The notes under the pieces: model-generated
The model's input: only the letters and a program-made list of their open reading frames with translations
What the model was told of the DNA's origin: nothing
Database searches by the model: none
Program-made: the position numbers and the translations under genes
Assembly (NCBI GenBank): GCA_030141605.1
Contig: JAQGDQ010000021.1
Location: 124,001 to 188,000 of the forward strand
Length of the DNA stretch: 64,000 nt
Direction of reading: 5' to 3'
Source of the DNA: Tubiluchus corallicola
Lineage: Eukaryota; Animalia; Priapulida
Shown: positions 51,771 to 64,000 of the stretch, piece after piece
Numbering within the stretch: the first letter of the stretch is position 1
Layout of the letters: every line of letters starts with the position of its first letter

Positions 51771-54410
51771 GTTTCTTTTTTACAAAACTTGAACGAGTAC
51801 CACATGCAAAAAGCATTCATGAAGGTCTCAGAAGGAACGTTTAGTTCTTCTTTTTGTTATTTCCACCTGGACAAACAACTACGAGTTAGTTCTAGTTCCA
51901 TCTCGAGAAATTCTAACTCGCTTGTAAAAGTGTTTAGCGCAATTTTTAACTTTTAAATAGCCTTATATTGTATGTAAATGCGTATATATTTGTCAGTCTA
52001 TTACCATTGCCAAAATTAATAGTTAAAAGGTAGCTAAACACTATATGGAACATTATTCGCACATTATTGCTTATAAATTTATTTAATGAACAAATGTCTT
52101 GTGAGTCTAGTATTATAATACCAATATAGGTACATTTTTGTATGTTTCTTCTTAAGTCCGCTACACACGATTTAAGGTGTTTAATCTAGCGGCAATATTA
52201 GTTATTGGTCAGTCTCGCAAACGAATCGTGAGCGGGGTTAACAGTTTTGGTCTTTTATTCTATTCAAAGCATCAGCAAGCAAAACGTTTTTAAAAAGATT
52301 TTATCACGTTTGTAATTATTGAAACGATTAGGGTCGAATCAATCAGCACTCTGCAGAGGGCTAGACTGTTTAGGGAAGCATTGTGACGCCCGCCGACACG
52401 GTCCGGGACAGAGTTGCAGTTTGAAATGCACTTCCTGAATTTTAAAGAAGCTTTACCCTCAAAATTTCATCATTTCTGCGTTAGTCAATCGTTTTAAATT
52501 TGACATGCCTTCTTTCACAGCAATTTTCTTGTTCATAAGATTTACGTACATGTTACATTCTTTTTATATTTCCGTTTTCATGCGCACTTGTTTAGGCAGT
52601 TGTCAAAAACACTCCAAAAATCACGTCCTACTGACTCCGATTTTTCCCTTCGGCTAATTTTTATGCAGGAAACAACGATCAGTGATTGCTAACAGTGTGG
52701 ACAGAGTCTTACATTTTGTTTGCACTGGTTAGGACGTCAGTGTGAAAAAGGCTGCGTTGCCTGGGCATGGGCATACTTCGAATAATTTAATTAGATCTTT
52801 TACTCCTTTTTTAGCCTGTCACTTTCTTGCGGCGTTGAGAAGAAAGCTGAATAACTCAATTTACTATCAAAATTACAGGAACAATTTCTCCCCTAGAGAT
52901 AATTTAGATCAGATTTTCATCTTCAAAGGCAAGACATGCGGTGCACCAACAATAAATTATTTTAACCGTTCTATATCAGGCGCACAGTTTAGGCCTATAC
53001 ATTGTTCAAAATAATGCTCAATTTAACGATGAAAATCAACACTAGGCGTATTACACGTATACAATGCGTATTTTTTAAGCCACTACTCCTAATTTTGTTA
53101 AATTTGGTAACAAACTTTTGTTGCTTAACCGACTGCGTGGTAATTGATTTCTTTGAAAATATGTGACAGAATAAGACGTTTTTTCGTAATTTCTCGTCTC
53201 TTAGTTCTATTTAATTGATGTGATTATTGATTGATAATCATAATTATTTTGTTTATTTGTTGTATTGAAGTGGCAGAATATCAATAGTAAAATGATAAGT
53301 TAGTCTTCTCGTTAATTGACAGCTGCTTTGTAAAGTATTAGTATTAGGATGAATTGGTTAAAACGAATTTTTCCTAAGAGATTGAAATTCATTTTCACCG
53401 ACATGGGCTTGACAATGGCTTAGAACAAGTTATAACTCAGCTTTTGTAATTAAGCTGAGTCTCGTACCATAACAATAGTATGATTTTATTCTTTGCAGCA
53501 TCTTCAGCGCGGGTTTTATCAATTTAAAGTGCTCACGTGAAATTTCACTATTAGAAAGTCTATACGAGAGAAGTGATATTTCCGCAGTTGAAAGTATGAC
53601 ATTTTAAGCTAGCACTTATGTTAAATGACGCAAAACAGTTCAAATTTTGATTATGATTAGACAACTTGCCAGAGCTCAGTCTTTTTAGGGTTAAATTTAC
53701 TAGCTGGGATTGTTGACATTCAGAGCTATAAAAAAGCCTATAATCTGTTAGCTGGGCAAAAGTTATAATTAATTAGTCCTTAGCTTACATGATACGGGCG
53801 ATATAAGTTGATCAATATCATTTTTGAGCGGTTTGACGATTAAAGTTATCAGAATCCATAAGACATAAGCGAACGCTACATGGCGTCAAGCAGTAATTAG
53901 AGTACATTGTGAAAATTTTAGTTTATATCCAGTTAAAAAAGTTGACCAACGATCGTATGTGACATTTTTGAAAGACATTCAGCAGTGAGGCGCTCGACTA
54001 GTACTGCTTTGAAATAATGTGATTTCAGTATTGATGAACCAGCACAAAAGTTAGACCATTTATAATAAAGTATATGAGTGTGTGAGTAACTAGCAAGAAT
54101 TAATGAGTCATTTCCGACCTGTAAACAATTAAGCTTATAGCTGATCGGATGCGTGAATTTTAATCCTATTACAGTCCAGTGAAAAGAAACGTAAGATTTT
54201 CGTGAAACAGAAAAATATAATAAAGTGGATTACTTTTATCAAGACATTTCATAAAGCTTTGCCACACTAAAAACCGAACTTTTATCAGATGACCGCAATT
54301 TGCACATAAAATACGATCAAAAACAAGTACTTTTCACAAGGTTTGTTACAGGAAGTCATTCTACCTGACTGAAGCAGTAATTGGTAAAGCACTTTTTATT
54401 GTAAAGGTAA

Positions 54411-54800
54411 TGTAGAGTAGAGCAAAATAAGAGTAATGTAGAGTAGAGTAGAGTATTGTAGAGTAGAGTAGAGTAGAGTAGAGTAGAGTAGAGTAGAGTA
54501 GAGTAGAGTAGAGTAGAGTAGAGTAGAGTAGAGTAGAGTAGAGTAGAGTAGAGTAGAGTAGAGTAGAGTAGAGTCGAGTCGAGTCGAGTCGAGTCGAGTC
54601 GAGTCGAGTCGAGTCGAGTCGAGTCGAGTCGAGTCGAGTAGAGTCGAGTCGAGTCGAGTCGAGTCGAGTCGAGTCGAGTCGAGTCGAGTAGAGTAGAGTA
54701 GAGTAGAGTAGAGTAGAGTAGAGTAGAGTAGAGTAGAGTAGAGTAGAGTAGACTAGAGTAGAGTAGAGTAGAGTAGAGTAGAGTAGAGTAGAGTACGAGT
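54411..54800. repeat. Compound pentanucleotide microsatellite (GAGTA)n-(GAGTC)n-(GAGTA)n
   Basis: Directly visible. It is the source of the spurious LYSTL/LDSTR ORFs. Confidence 0.97.
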
Positions 54801-57240
54801 ACACTACACCACCCACACCACTGACTGTTAAGTTCCGGCATTTTTGTTGCTAGGTCGTTTGAGAAAAAGGTTAGATAATGTCGCGTAAAGTATGAAAAAT
54901 AATCTCAGCATTCGTTTAACACAGTTCACTAACTAAGCAAAAGTACAAATTACTTTACCTTGTCAAATAGATCAATAATGTGTTTTCTGGTGAACCAGTG
55001 GTGCACACTGGGAAAGTGAATCAGTGACGTTTTACCAGTTGGCGCGAACAGTTTAAATCATTAAGAATTTTCTTTTCCGATTAATAAGTTTTCCAACCTG
55101 CTGAGCCTAATGCAAAGTAATATATTTTTGTATAGAATGCTTTTAGGATATACTCTAAAATAGCCTTTTTCCCATTAAACCATAGTTTCTAGCTGAATAG
55201 AATTTTGTTTTGATAACAGGAAACCCATTAGCATGTTTCGGAAACGAATACGTTGAAGTTTGTTCGGCAGATTTACGCATAATGCGTTTTCAACCTGTCG
55301 AGTAGAATATGTAAAAGCCGGAAGTGGTAAACAGAATCCCGAGACGGATTTGTAGTAGTTTTTCACAAGCGCAATCGCATAAACGTGGGGTAGCTTCAAA
55401 ATCTGAATAGGTTTCTGAATAGGTTCAGTATGTGCATTGTATTTTGCACACGTTAATTAATAAAAGCACCGTATTAATGTAAGTCTACGTTACCGGGCAA
55501 ATTATTTATACTCTTGTGTTCTCGTGACCCCAACACTTTCATCTTTCTTTCATTAGCTTCATTATCACTCATTCTATTTATTGTAGGTTAACATCAACAT
55601 CAAACTCGTCATAACCAACTTATTCCACCCTTTCGCACACCCGCTATTCAAAAAACGAGTTACATAACTTTCTCAATCTCGCGCTTACTTAATGCGTAAC
55701 TAACACAGTTCTTGTAATCGTGTGCTTAACTTATAAATGACCTATCTACTCACTGAAAGTCTTTCATATAGGTTATACCTGTTAACCGATCAGCATTTGA
55801 TTAATTACACATTGTTTTTATTATAAATATGCTTATGATTGTAATGCTACTTATCAAATAAAAATTTTATTTAAACTAATACGCGCACAACTTTTTAAAG
55901 GGCTTTCTCGAGCTTCTTCCATTTTAGACTGCGAACTAGTATACTATAGCTTGTATCACACGTTATCAGTGAATGATAAATTTTCTTTTTAGCAAACAGT
56001 GATGATATATTTTTCAATCTGTAAGTATATAGTATAATTATTGCATCTTGTGCGCCTAAGTGGCTGCCTTTAATTTTTAATGTGCTTTTATTTTGACTAT
56101 TGCTTTTCTTGTTGCAAAATTCTCGTATAAATGTTTTTTAAATCATTTTCTGTATTTCGTTGCATTGGTTTTATTATTTTACTATATTTCATATATTTTC
56201 ATGTTTTTTCTTTTTTCTAACGTTCAATGTGAATTATTCTAGATTTATAATATGACTGTGTTGTTATTGACGGTCTTTTAAAAATAAAATGCTTTAAAAT
56301 TAATCAATTCCAATATTTTTTATTTAATACACCAGTATGTTCACTTAAAGATGTGTGTTACTCTATAATAAAATCAATTTCAATGTTGTTATTGACTAAA
56401 TTGAGTATTTCTCTTTATTTATAGAGCGAAGTATAATATTTTTAGGCCTAGTTTTAGTTACATTGAAAGATGATTTAAGTTCAGATAACTAGATAAAGAT
56501 CTTTTGCAATTATTCGTTAATTAAATTACAGAACAAGTCTCTACTCTCTTTACTGGCATTAAATAAATGAAGTACAGATGTGGTAAGCAGTGGTCTATCG
56601 TCGGCAAACATTACATATTTAAAGTACATAATTAAACTCTTTAACTGAGGTCGGTTGAGTTGTACTTGAGTTGATAAATTCGTCTTTGTATAGAGGCATG
56701 ATATAGTAACCTTTTGCAACGCAGATCTATCTTCGTTCACCATCTCGTTCACGTACTCAGTGATTAACACGATCTTACGCTATTCCAGTATATAACGGCC
56801 AATAAAATTAATTAACGTATTTTAAATATGAATTGGGCCATCGCAATATTTTAAATAACAAACTTGTCGAGCCGATCCAAAATGCTTAGCAAATAAAGAA
56901 GCGATGCGATTTCACAAACTAGATCCGTCAACCCATTCCAGCAGGTCAATTCTGTCTACGTCATGCAGAATTTGAAGCTTTGGGCAGGTGTTACTAATAA
57001 AATTAATTATAACATCAGATAAAAACAGTAAAAATAAACAATCGTATATGAGAATTTATGAAATCAAACGTTTTCATTCATTTATACGTATGCTAATAAT
57101 AGTGTTTCGGCTGAAAGTGTATACCACAACCTAAAAGCTTTTTTTGTAAATAAAGCAACATGCGAAATGTAAAACTTGTCCGAAGGTTAGCTTGTCTTAC
57201 TCTAATTAAGACATTAAAAAAGTGTCATGCAATAAATGTA

Positions 57241-58182
57241 TCACTCAGTTACATGATCTGGCAGAGCTCGTCTGCAAAACAATCGCATCAAATATCGTCG
57301 AAGCATTTTATACTTCCAAAAATACATCAACGGATTGGCAATGCAGTTTGCAAAATGTCCGAATGTTCGTAGAAATCTGATTTCACGGTACAGGCGACTT
57401 GGCATCACCTGTGTTAGAATTTTAAACAGCGTATCAAAGACGTTACAAAGCAACGTTGAGCCTACAATGATCAACACGATCCTAGCGGATTTGATTTTTC
57501 TCCATAGAATGCTCTGTTCTTCAGACACGCCTACCCCACTCATTTCAGAAGGAAAGACGGTTCTTTGTGCCGTCCAAGCTGTAGCTATTATCTTGGCGTA
57601 ACAGAAGATAACCAGAATAGCAACCAGGAAATATTCCGCGACCTGAAACCAGACCAGGCTAGTGTCTATCATAAGGTCAACAATGCAGTTCGATCCTGGA
57701 TTCCAGTTGTCCAGAGCATGAAACATACCCGTAGTACCAAGACAATAGGCGAACAGCCAACCGCCTACAACGAGCTTACTCGTTCTTTCTGGCGTAAGCC
57801 AGGAGGAGTAGCGCAGGGGATATGCAATGCAGATGTATCTGTCGAGAGTTACCAGGGCCATCGTGATCCAGGACGCTGACAGGAGCATGACAGCTCCACA
57901 TACCATCACTGCACAAAGTCCTCTACTGGGCTGAGGAACTGGAAGGAGAAGCATGCTGGAACCAAATACTCCGATACACAAATCAGCTATAGACAAGCTC
58001 AATAGAAAGCGATATTTAGAGGAAACTCTCAGTTCACGTACACTCAAAATAGTAATGATAACAGAAGCATTTAATAGAACGATTAAAGCCAAAAATGTAG
58101 ATATTAACAATGGAGGGAAAAATTTCTTTGGTACTAATGATAAAGCTGAACCGTTTCCCGATAAATTAGAATCCAGATACAT
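57241..58182 (-). CDS. Intronless rhodopsin-like (class A) GPCR, 313 aa, orphan
   Basis: Seven hydrophobic segments. TM1 N (VLLNASV), TM2 LSIADL, TM3 C...TLDRYICIAYPLRY, TM4 W, ECL2 Cys (SNCI), TM5 Y (IFCYAKI), TM7 ANPLMY, and helix 8 with a Cys (LFCRR). Confidence 0.93.
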   Translation of the reverse strand: MYLDSNLSGNGSALSLVPKKFFPPLLISTFLALIVLLNASVIITILSVRELRVSSKYRFLLSLSIADLCIGVFGSSMLLLPVPQPSRGLCAVMVCGAVMLLSASWITMALVTLDRYICIAYPLRYSSWLTPERTSKLVVGGWLFAYCLGTTGMFHALDNWNPGSNCIVDLMIDTSLVWFQVAEYFLVAILVIFCYAKIIATAWTAQRTVFPSEMSGVGVSEEQSILWRKIKSARIVLIIVGSTLLCNVFDTLFKILTQVMPSRLYREIRFLRTFGHFANCIANPLMYFWKYKMLRRYLMRLFCRRALPDHVTE

Positions 58183-59138
58183 AACTCTAGGTTCTGACTC
58201 AAGTACGTGTAGCTCGAAAATGTTTTCCTGTCTTTTTGCTTGTGTCTAGAACTGCGCAAAAACTGAGCATGTGCAAATGGGCTTCAATGCACATTATTGC
58301 GACTAAATGCTGTTAATAAGTTTTAATGGTTACTTTCGTGGGCAGCATTTGGCAGCTGAAAGAGTGGTCATTTGGATAGTGGAGATTTGGACAAATGAGG
58401 CAACGGACAATTTGACACAGTGGCACATCAGACACTCTGGGCAATGGAATCTTGAGCAGGGGACATGTGCAGTGGATATATTGCTCTTTCATAGGTAGTG
58501 ACAGAGGGCTATATTATTTTTAGCGGTCGACCTACGATTTCTTTACCCAAATATCATCGGCTGAATGTCCTTTATCATATAATTAATGTCCAGTTGTGCT
58601 CTACCACACATTTACTTTTTAGCTCATTTTTAGCTGTCCACTACCATGTGTCCAGCTGTTCACTACTTCGAGAGTTTTCATAAATAACGTAAGCCATGGC
58701 TTCTAGTCACTCATCCAAGTTTAACAAACTGTTTAGAACACACATTTTTTAGATGGACAAGGCTAATTCTGATTGGAAAATGGCTTATAATGCCGACGAG
58801 TTGAGACAAAAAATGTACAAGAGCTTTTCAAGGGCACTTTAATGCTAGGGGTGACTGGCTTGCTGTAAAAAATATAACATAAATTTTGACTTTAAGCTCA
58901 TAATACGATAAAAGTTATTCTTTTAATGCCACCAACTAGACAAAAATCAGTTTTGGACCTTTTCAGAAAGCAATTAAGGCGTAGAAATACTAAAAAATGG
59001 CTAGCTTTCCGTGCAGCTCATGGGGCATCAACACTATTTAAATAAAATTTGAGAACAAACAATTAATAAGCTATATATCGTTTGTAATGCAAAGCGTTTT
59101 TTCTGCCCAAGTGTCTGGATATGTCATTTATCAGCTTA

Positions 59139-59192
59139 ATCATCGTCATCGTCATCGTCACCATCATGATCATCATCATCACTACCATCACC

Positions 59193-59236
<44 letters not shown>

Positions 59237-59262
59237 GATCATCATCATCATCATCGTCATCG
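59139..59262. repeat. (CAT)n trinucleotide microsatellite
   Basis: catcatcat run with cgt/cac variants. Source of the poly-H/poly-D/poly-M ORFs. Confidence 0.95.
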
Positions 59263-59573
59263 TGTCCATTATGTCTATTGTAGATATATGACAGGCAGAA
59301 TTCTATAGTAAAAGAAATCTGTCCTCTAGTTGGGTAAACACAGCAGTTAATCCGGCAAAAGCTAGACACTGCTATGCCAGTCGAATCATGTCGAATTTCG
59401 CTGATCACACTAGTTTGATTGACTGGAGCATTGTTCTGGCACGTGACGTGCAGTTTGCGTAATCATCTGCGTACATGATGCTGTGTATTACTTTAAAGTA
59501 ATAATTTGTAGGCTATTGTTCCTTACTATTATTCGGTGTTTTTGTGTCCCCGTAGCAAAATTATATGTAGCAA

Positions 59574-59709
59574 AATGAGCTTACTACAGACGTAGACAGT
59601 TACTGAATCTCACTCGAACAGTAGCCTAATAGTCCGGACTGCAGTTTAATGAGCTTACGACAGACGTACACAGTCGCAGAATCTTACTCGAACAGTAGAC
59701 TAATAGTCC
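59574..59709. repeat. Tandem duplication of a ~62-bp unit (period 74 bp)
   Basis: aatgagcttactacagacgtagacagttactgaatctcactcgaacagtagcctaatagtcc (59574-59635) vs aatgagcttacgacagacgtacacagtcgcagaatcttactcgaacagtagactaatagtcc (59648-59709). Confidence 0.85.
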
Positions 59710-61163
59710 AATGAAATTACAAAAAGTGCATGGCCCGGAAAAATGTAGTATGGCTGAATTTTTACACAGATGCTCAGAAAATCGTCCAGAACAACAAATC
59801 AAAAATCCTCATAAATCAACTCTGGGGAAAAAAGTTATGGGACTTTAAATTCAAAATGGCTACCAAAGCAGCATTAAAGTCAAAATAGCTGAACTAGGTG
59901 TTTTTAAGGCCTGCATAAATGGATTGCAAGCTGATATATGGCTTATCAGAAAAAATGGTGTTTTAAGGTCATTCAAGGTCAAGATCACTCAAAATGGCGC
60001 CCAGACAGCATAAATATATTAATAGCTGATATAGAAGTGTATAATAATTATGCTTGTTTATTCATGGTTATGGTTGCCCACTCTATACTCTATGAGTCAT
60101 CATTTATGTCGTCAATTGCAGATACGTCAATTAGTTCCTCCTTGGCAAGTTTTGCAAATGTTTTGACTAAGTGCTTATCTCACAGCCTGAGCACACTTTT
60201 ATATCAGCTGTTAATACGTTTATGCCAGCTTAAAAGCCACCTAGTTGAACTATTTTGACTTTAAATGTAATGTAAATTGTTTTCATATTACTTTCGTTGA
60301 CAGATGGCAGCTCCGTGCAGCGTTCAGCTTAATGCGTGCATAACATGTTTTAACCTGTACTCCACAATAATTATAAAGATCCCACAAAAGCTTTTTGTAA
60401 AAAAAGTTTAGATATTATAAAACGCTCAACAGGGTTAAGTAAACGTGCAGCAGACTGATTTGTGAATAAAAATTGGTGTCTTTTGCAACATTTCAGATTT
60501 TTTTATACACATGTACGAAGAGTGTAATACCTTATCAAGACAAAATAGTAATTTTGTCACATTGTTATTTTATTTATTTCCAGTTATTCAATTACAAATC
60601 GTTAGGTGTCTGCATTGGGTGTTTATGCAAATATTCAGCCATACCAATTTTTGTTCGGGTCAAACCTTATTTTGAGCGGACTATAATTTATTTCTGCCCG
60701 GTATAATATTACTGTATCTATGGTCCACTATAGAACAAATTTCATTAATTTAAAGATTTTGCATACTGCTAAATAAAACAACGTGCATATTGAGCTAGTA
60801 CTTCTATTGAACTAGCTTACTTTACAACAGTGTTAAATAAAGTTTCTGAATTTTGAACCTGTTAGTGTTACTTTTTTGTAATTGTAGAAGTTGATGCGTT
60901 AATTTGTAACATCAAACGAGTGTAATGTGTGACATTGAAAAAACGATCATAAGTCTCTGTCGGTATAACTTTGTAAAGTAAATTGTTCGTCATTTTTACG
61001 GTTTGGTCATCGGACGCCAGAAGTTCATCTTGTTGTTCCTGTGGCGTACATTGGACGTACCATACTTCGGCCAACGATTAGGACGATCATCTATGCTTAA
61101 TCCTTATCTGTACTGTAATATAATAATAATAATCTTTTTATTTATCTTGTAACACACGCACAG

Positions 61164-61833
61164 GGCGCTATTACACTTTCGCACTGCCTAGTTTTTCCTA
61201 GGTTATTACTCGTTTCTAGGCTCGTACGTCATTATTCTATTATTCTTACGTCATCAGTGAATGTTTCCGCTAATCTAATTGTAATTTAATCATATATTTA
61301 GGTATAATTACCAATAATTACGCTGTATTCACAGTTCTACCCAGTATCGCCATCTTGTTTGTGTGTGTAGTCACGTGACGAATTTCGTACTAGTTTATGC
61401 ATTATCAGGGCCTAGCTTAAAAGGCATGTGACACACTTTCATCTTAATTGCATTTACGGAATAAAGAAAAAACCTTTACTTTTATAATCTAATATGTGGG
61501 AACACTGTAATATGATACAAACTCCCATGGCTGCAACCATAATAATCATAAATTATGCAAAAAAACTAAAGATACAGGTTAAGGGCCACATACGTCACTG
61601 CGCGAGAGCGATTGCACATTAGTGGTGTAAACACGGTTATTCGCGTGGAGCTTTTTGCGTAATCGCGGCGGTAAGTAATGTATGATTTTAATCTGGAATT
61701 ATAAAGCCTAAAAACCTATATTATTATTGGAATATGGTGTATATTACGCCTGTTGGTCTGCTTTCTGGCCTGCAGGCGTGAAAACAACCAATAGGCCAGG
61801 AAAAGCTAGGCGGTGCGAAAGTGTAATAGCGCC
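61164..61833. mobile_element. Merlin-like (or MULE-like) MITE with 9-bp TSD
   Basis: TIRs GGCGCTATTACACTTTCGCACTGCCTAGTTTTTCCT ... AGGAAAAGCTAGGCGGTGCGAAAGTGTAATAGCGCC (near-perfect). Perfect TSD CACGCACAG at 61155-61163 and 61834-61842. GG termini with an 8-9 bp TSD fit Merlin. Confidence 0.9.
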
Positions 61834-62098
61834 CACGCACAGTTATAGTACAATTAATTTGGAAACAATTTGTTTGGAAATTAATTTGGAAATGTGAAGA
61901 AAGGGCAGCGAAAGACCAATCTAGTCAACTGCCCTTTGGTTAGCGATGAACATTTTTTATAGGTGCTATGCTACAGTGTGTTAGTCTTAGTATTGCTTAT
62001 AATAAAAATTAATTGTTACGAATGACATTAAATTGATATGCTTATAACGTGTTAGTACAATTCATACACAGTAATAATAAGTGCATAATAAAAAAATC

Positions 62099-62200
62099 AA
62101 ACTGAAAATAACTGAAATAAAACTGAACTGAAATAAGAACTGAAACAAGAACTGAAATAAAAATCTGACAACAGAAACTTAATAACAATGGCAACTGAAA
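62099..62200. repeat. Short AACTGAAAT(A)-type tandem repeats
   Basis: aactgaaaataactgaaataaaactgaactgaaataagaactgaaacaagaactgaaataa. Confidence 0.7.
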
Positions 62201-62338
62201 TAGACTTTTTAACACAAGCATAATTCTTAGACATAAGCAAGCGAATGTATAATGAAGTCATAATATATCTTGACATATACAATCATTTTTTTCAGAAGTT
62301 ACTAAATAACAAAAACTAGTTGTCAAAAACAGAAAGTG

Positions 62339-63738
62339 ATGTCTACTACAGAAGCAGAGCGACAAGAAGCTGAAGTAAAACAGGTATTTTAAGTAGTTAT
62401 TTCCGAAAATTCAAGAAAGCCCTTATTACAACATTATAAAAGTTGTGATAATTTCTAAGTCGCATTTACTGCTCAGGAAATGAACGAGACACTTCTTATT
62501 TTACTAGTGGGATTTTTTTTGTTTTAGATGAATTTTACTAGTCTCAAAACAGCTTTTACTGTCCATGCCATTCGTGGATTATGTAAATAGGAAAACTTTG
62601 ATAGTTTTTCTCAGTAGTAATGTACAACAGCAACATTTTTTATTGAAAAATTTCAGCACGATTTTATAGTATTAAAGTTAATAACACTGCATAACTTATC
62701 AGCAATTACAGTTTAAAAAGAGTATATAAGTAGCATGCGCAATTTTCCTATTTTGTACAAAATTTTGCAGTCCCCGGAAGTATGGCTTATACAGTTCTAC
62801 GATACCAGTACAAACCCTTATGGCTATTATGGCTATTCTTTGTTCTTGAATTATTATTGTTATTATAATTATTACCCTGTCACCCACTAACATGATATTG
62901 TAGGTTCAATTGTGACTTAAGAAAACCATACTGCTGGTGCAGACTCAGAAATTATATGACTTACAGTGTGTGAATTATCTTTTGTTTTTAAATTGCCATA
63001 ATTACAACGTGTACTGACAATACACATGTTTGTTTTTCAGTTTCGTGAATTCCTAACATCTTACAATAAGTTGTCTGAGATGTGTTTTGTCGACTGCGTT
63101 CATGACTTCACAGTTAGGAAAGTACACGATAAGGAGGTTAGTTTCAACATTTTAATATGTGTCATAATTTACCAATAAATATTGGGGCGGGTTACGCAAT
63201 TGTTAATGAGTATACTGAGCATTTGTTTAAGAGTGTTCCACGCTTGCAGGCGCAGTATTGATGAGTTCCATATTTGAAGATGTGGGTGCTGTGTTTGTCT
63301 TCATAGTTACCACTACTTTCATAAATCTTATAATGTGTGTTTTTGTGCGTATTACTGGTTTATTAGGTCATGCTACAAGAAGATCTATTTATGTTATCAG
63401 TTGTTTGTGTATTTTTATGCTTTCTTCTTTGACACCTTTCTCATAACTTTCACCTTTCAGTCTTGGTGGGAATCTAGAACTGGAGAAAATGTTAACTCTC
63501 ATTTGGAAACAATGCTTCATTAATAAACAAATATTTTTTATGCAGCTCACTATATTTTATATTGTTTCTTAGTTTAATTGTAAGTGCTGCACTTTGTTGC
63601 TTAATTTAGGAGAAGTGTGCCATGAGTTGCATGGAAAAGTATTTGAAAATGACTCAGCGTATTTCACAACGGTTTCAAGAATATCAACTAATACAAAATG
63701 AAGCAGCTCTGGCTGCACAACAAGTCTCTCACCGATGA
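62339..63738 (+). CDS. TIMM9: Mitochondrial import inner membrane translocase subunit Tim9, 3 coding exons, 89 aa
   Basis: Exons 62339-62383 ([15 protein letters not shown]|gt), 63041-63136 ([32 protein letters not shown]|gt) and 63610-63738 ([26 protein letters not shown]...SHR*). Twin CX3C motif and Tim9 signature. Not in the ORF track because the exons are short. Confidence 0.96.
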
Positions 63739-64000
63739 CATGTCAGTGACAAATTCACCTTACAATGTCTGAAAATTGCCGCAGAATGACGATTATGTGC
63801 CAAAAAATACTTCAATTAAAAAGTGATGACATTAGTGAAAATAACACTTATGCATAATAGTACATGACTAATAGCCAGCTGATGAATAGAAATGCAGTAA
63901 TTTTTTTTTGGGGACAGAGGTACATGTGCACTGTGCAGCATCCCTTCTCAGTGACAAAGGTGTATGTGCATTACAGGTGTGCAATTGATATATTTATTTG

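Noticed and set aside
54356-54841. 151-161 aa ORFs of LYSTL/LDSTR repeats
   Set aside because: Pure translation of the pentanucleotide microsatellite.
55883-55922. Candidate BAIAP3 first coding exon MEEARESPLKSCA
   Set aside because: Weak donor, and its phase does not match the next candidate exon (~55007-54959). Left out of the model.
59063-59408. Poly-His, poly-Asp and poly-Met ORFs
   Set aside because: Translations of the (CAT)n microsatellite, with no splice or homology support.
59574-59709. Direct repeats as a possible CRISPR-like array
   Set aside because: Only two long diverged units, no repeat-spacer periodicity, eukaryotic context and no cas genes.
60868-61074. 68-aa minus-strand ORF
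   Set aside because: Non-ATG start and no recognisable family. Possibly a repeat fragment.

Overview
AT-rich, intron-dense metazoan genomic DNA. The protein motifs and repeat types suggest an invertebrate, possibly lophotrochozoan (inference). Manual splice-site and phase reconstruction gives five genes. (1) A 2-exon IRF2BP-family zinc-finger/C3HC4-RING corepressor (minus strand, 6754-2817). (2) A small multi-exon gene I cannot identify, ending in a coiled-coil segment (minus, 21445 to ~19091 or further), largely missed by the ORF track. (3) A ~30-exon BAIAP3/Munc13-4-family C2-MUN-C2 gene (minus, ~50808-24422, ~1265 aa as modelled). (4) An intronless class A GPCR (minus, 58182-57241). (5) Mitochondrial TIMM9 (plus, 62339-63738). 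Introns and intergenic DNA hold several MITEs with visible TIRs/TSDs, LINE 3' fragments and microsatellites. There is no prokaryotic-type system, CRISPR array or recognisable RNA gene. The most interesting leads are a ~118-aa Ser-rich/polybasic in-frame insertion in the BAIAP3-like helical region, a GC-AG intron, a candidate 36-nt IRF2BP microexon beside a 1-kb foldback element, the orphan spliced gene, a GPCR lacking CWxP, and a Merlin-like MITE that may supply the TIMM9 first exon.
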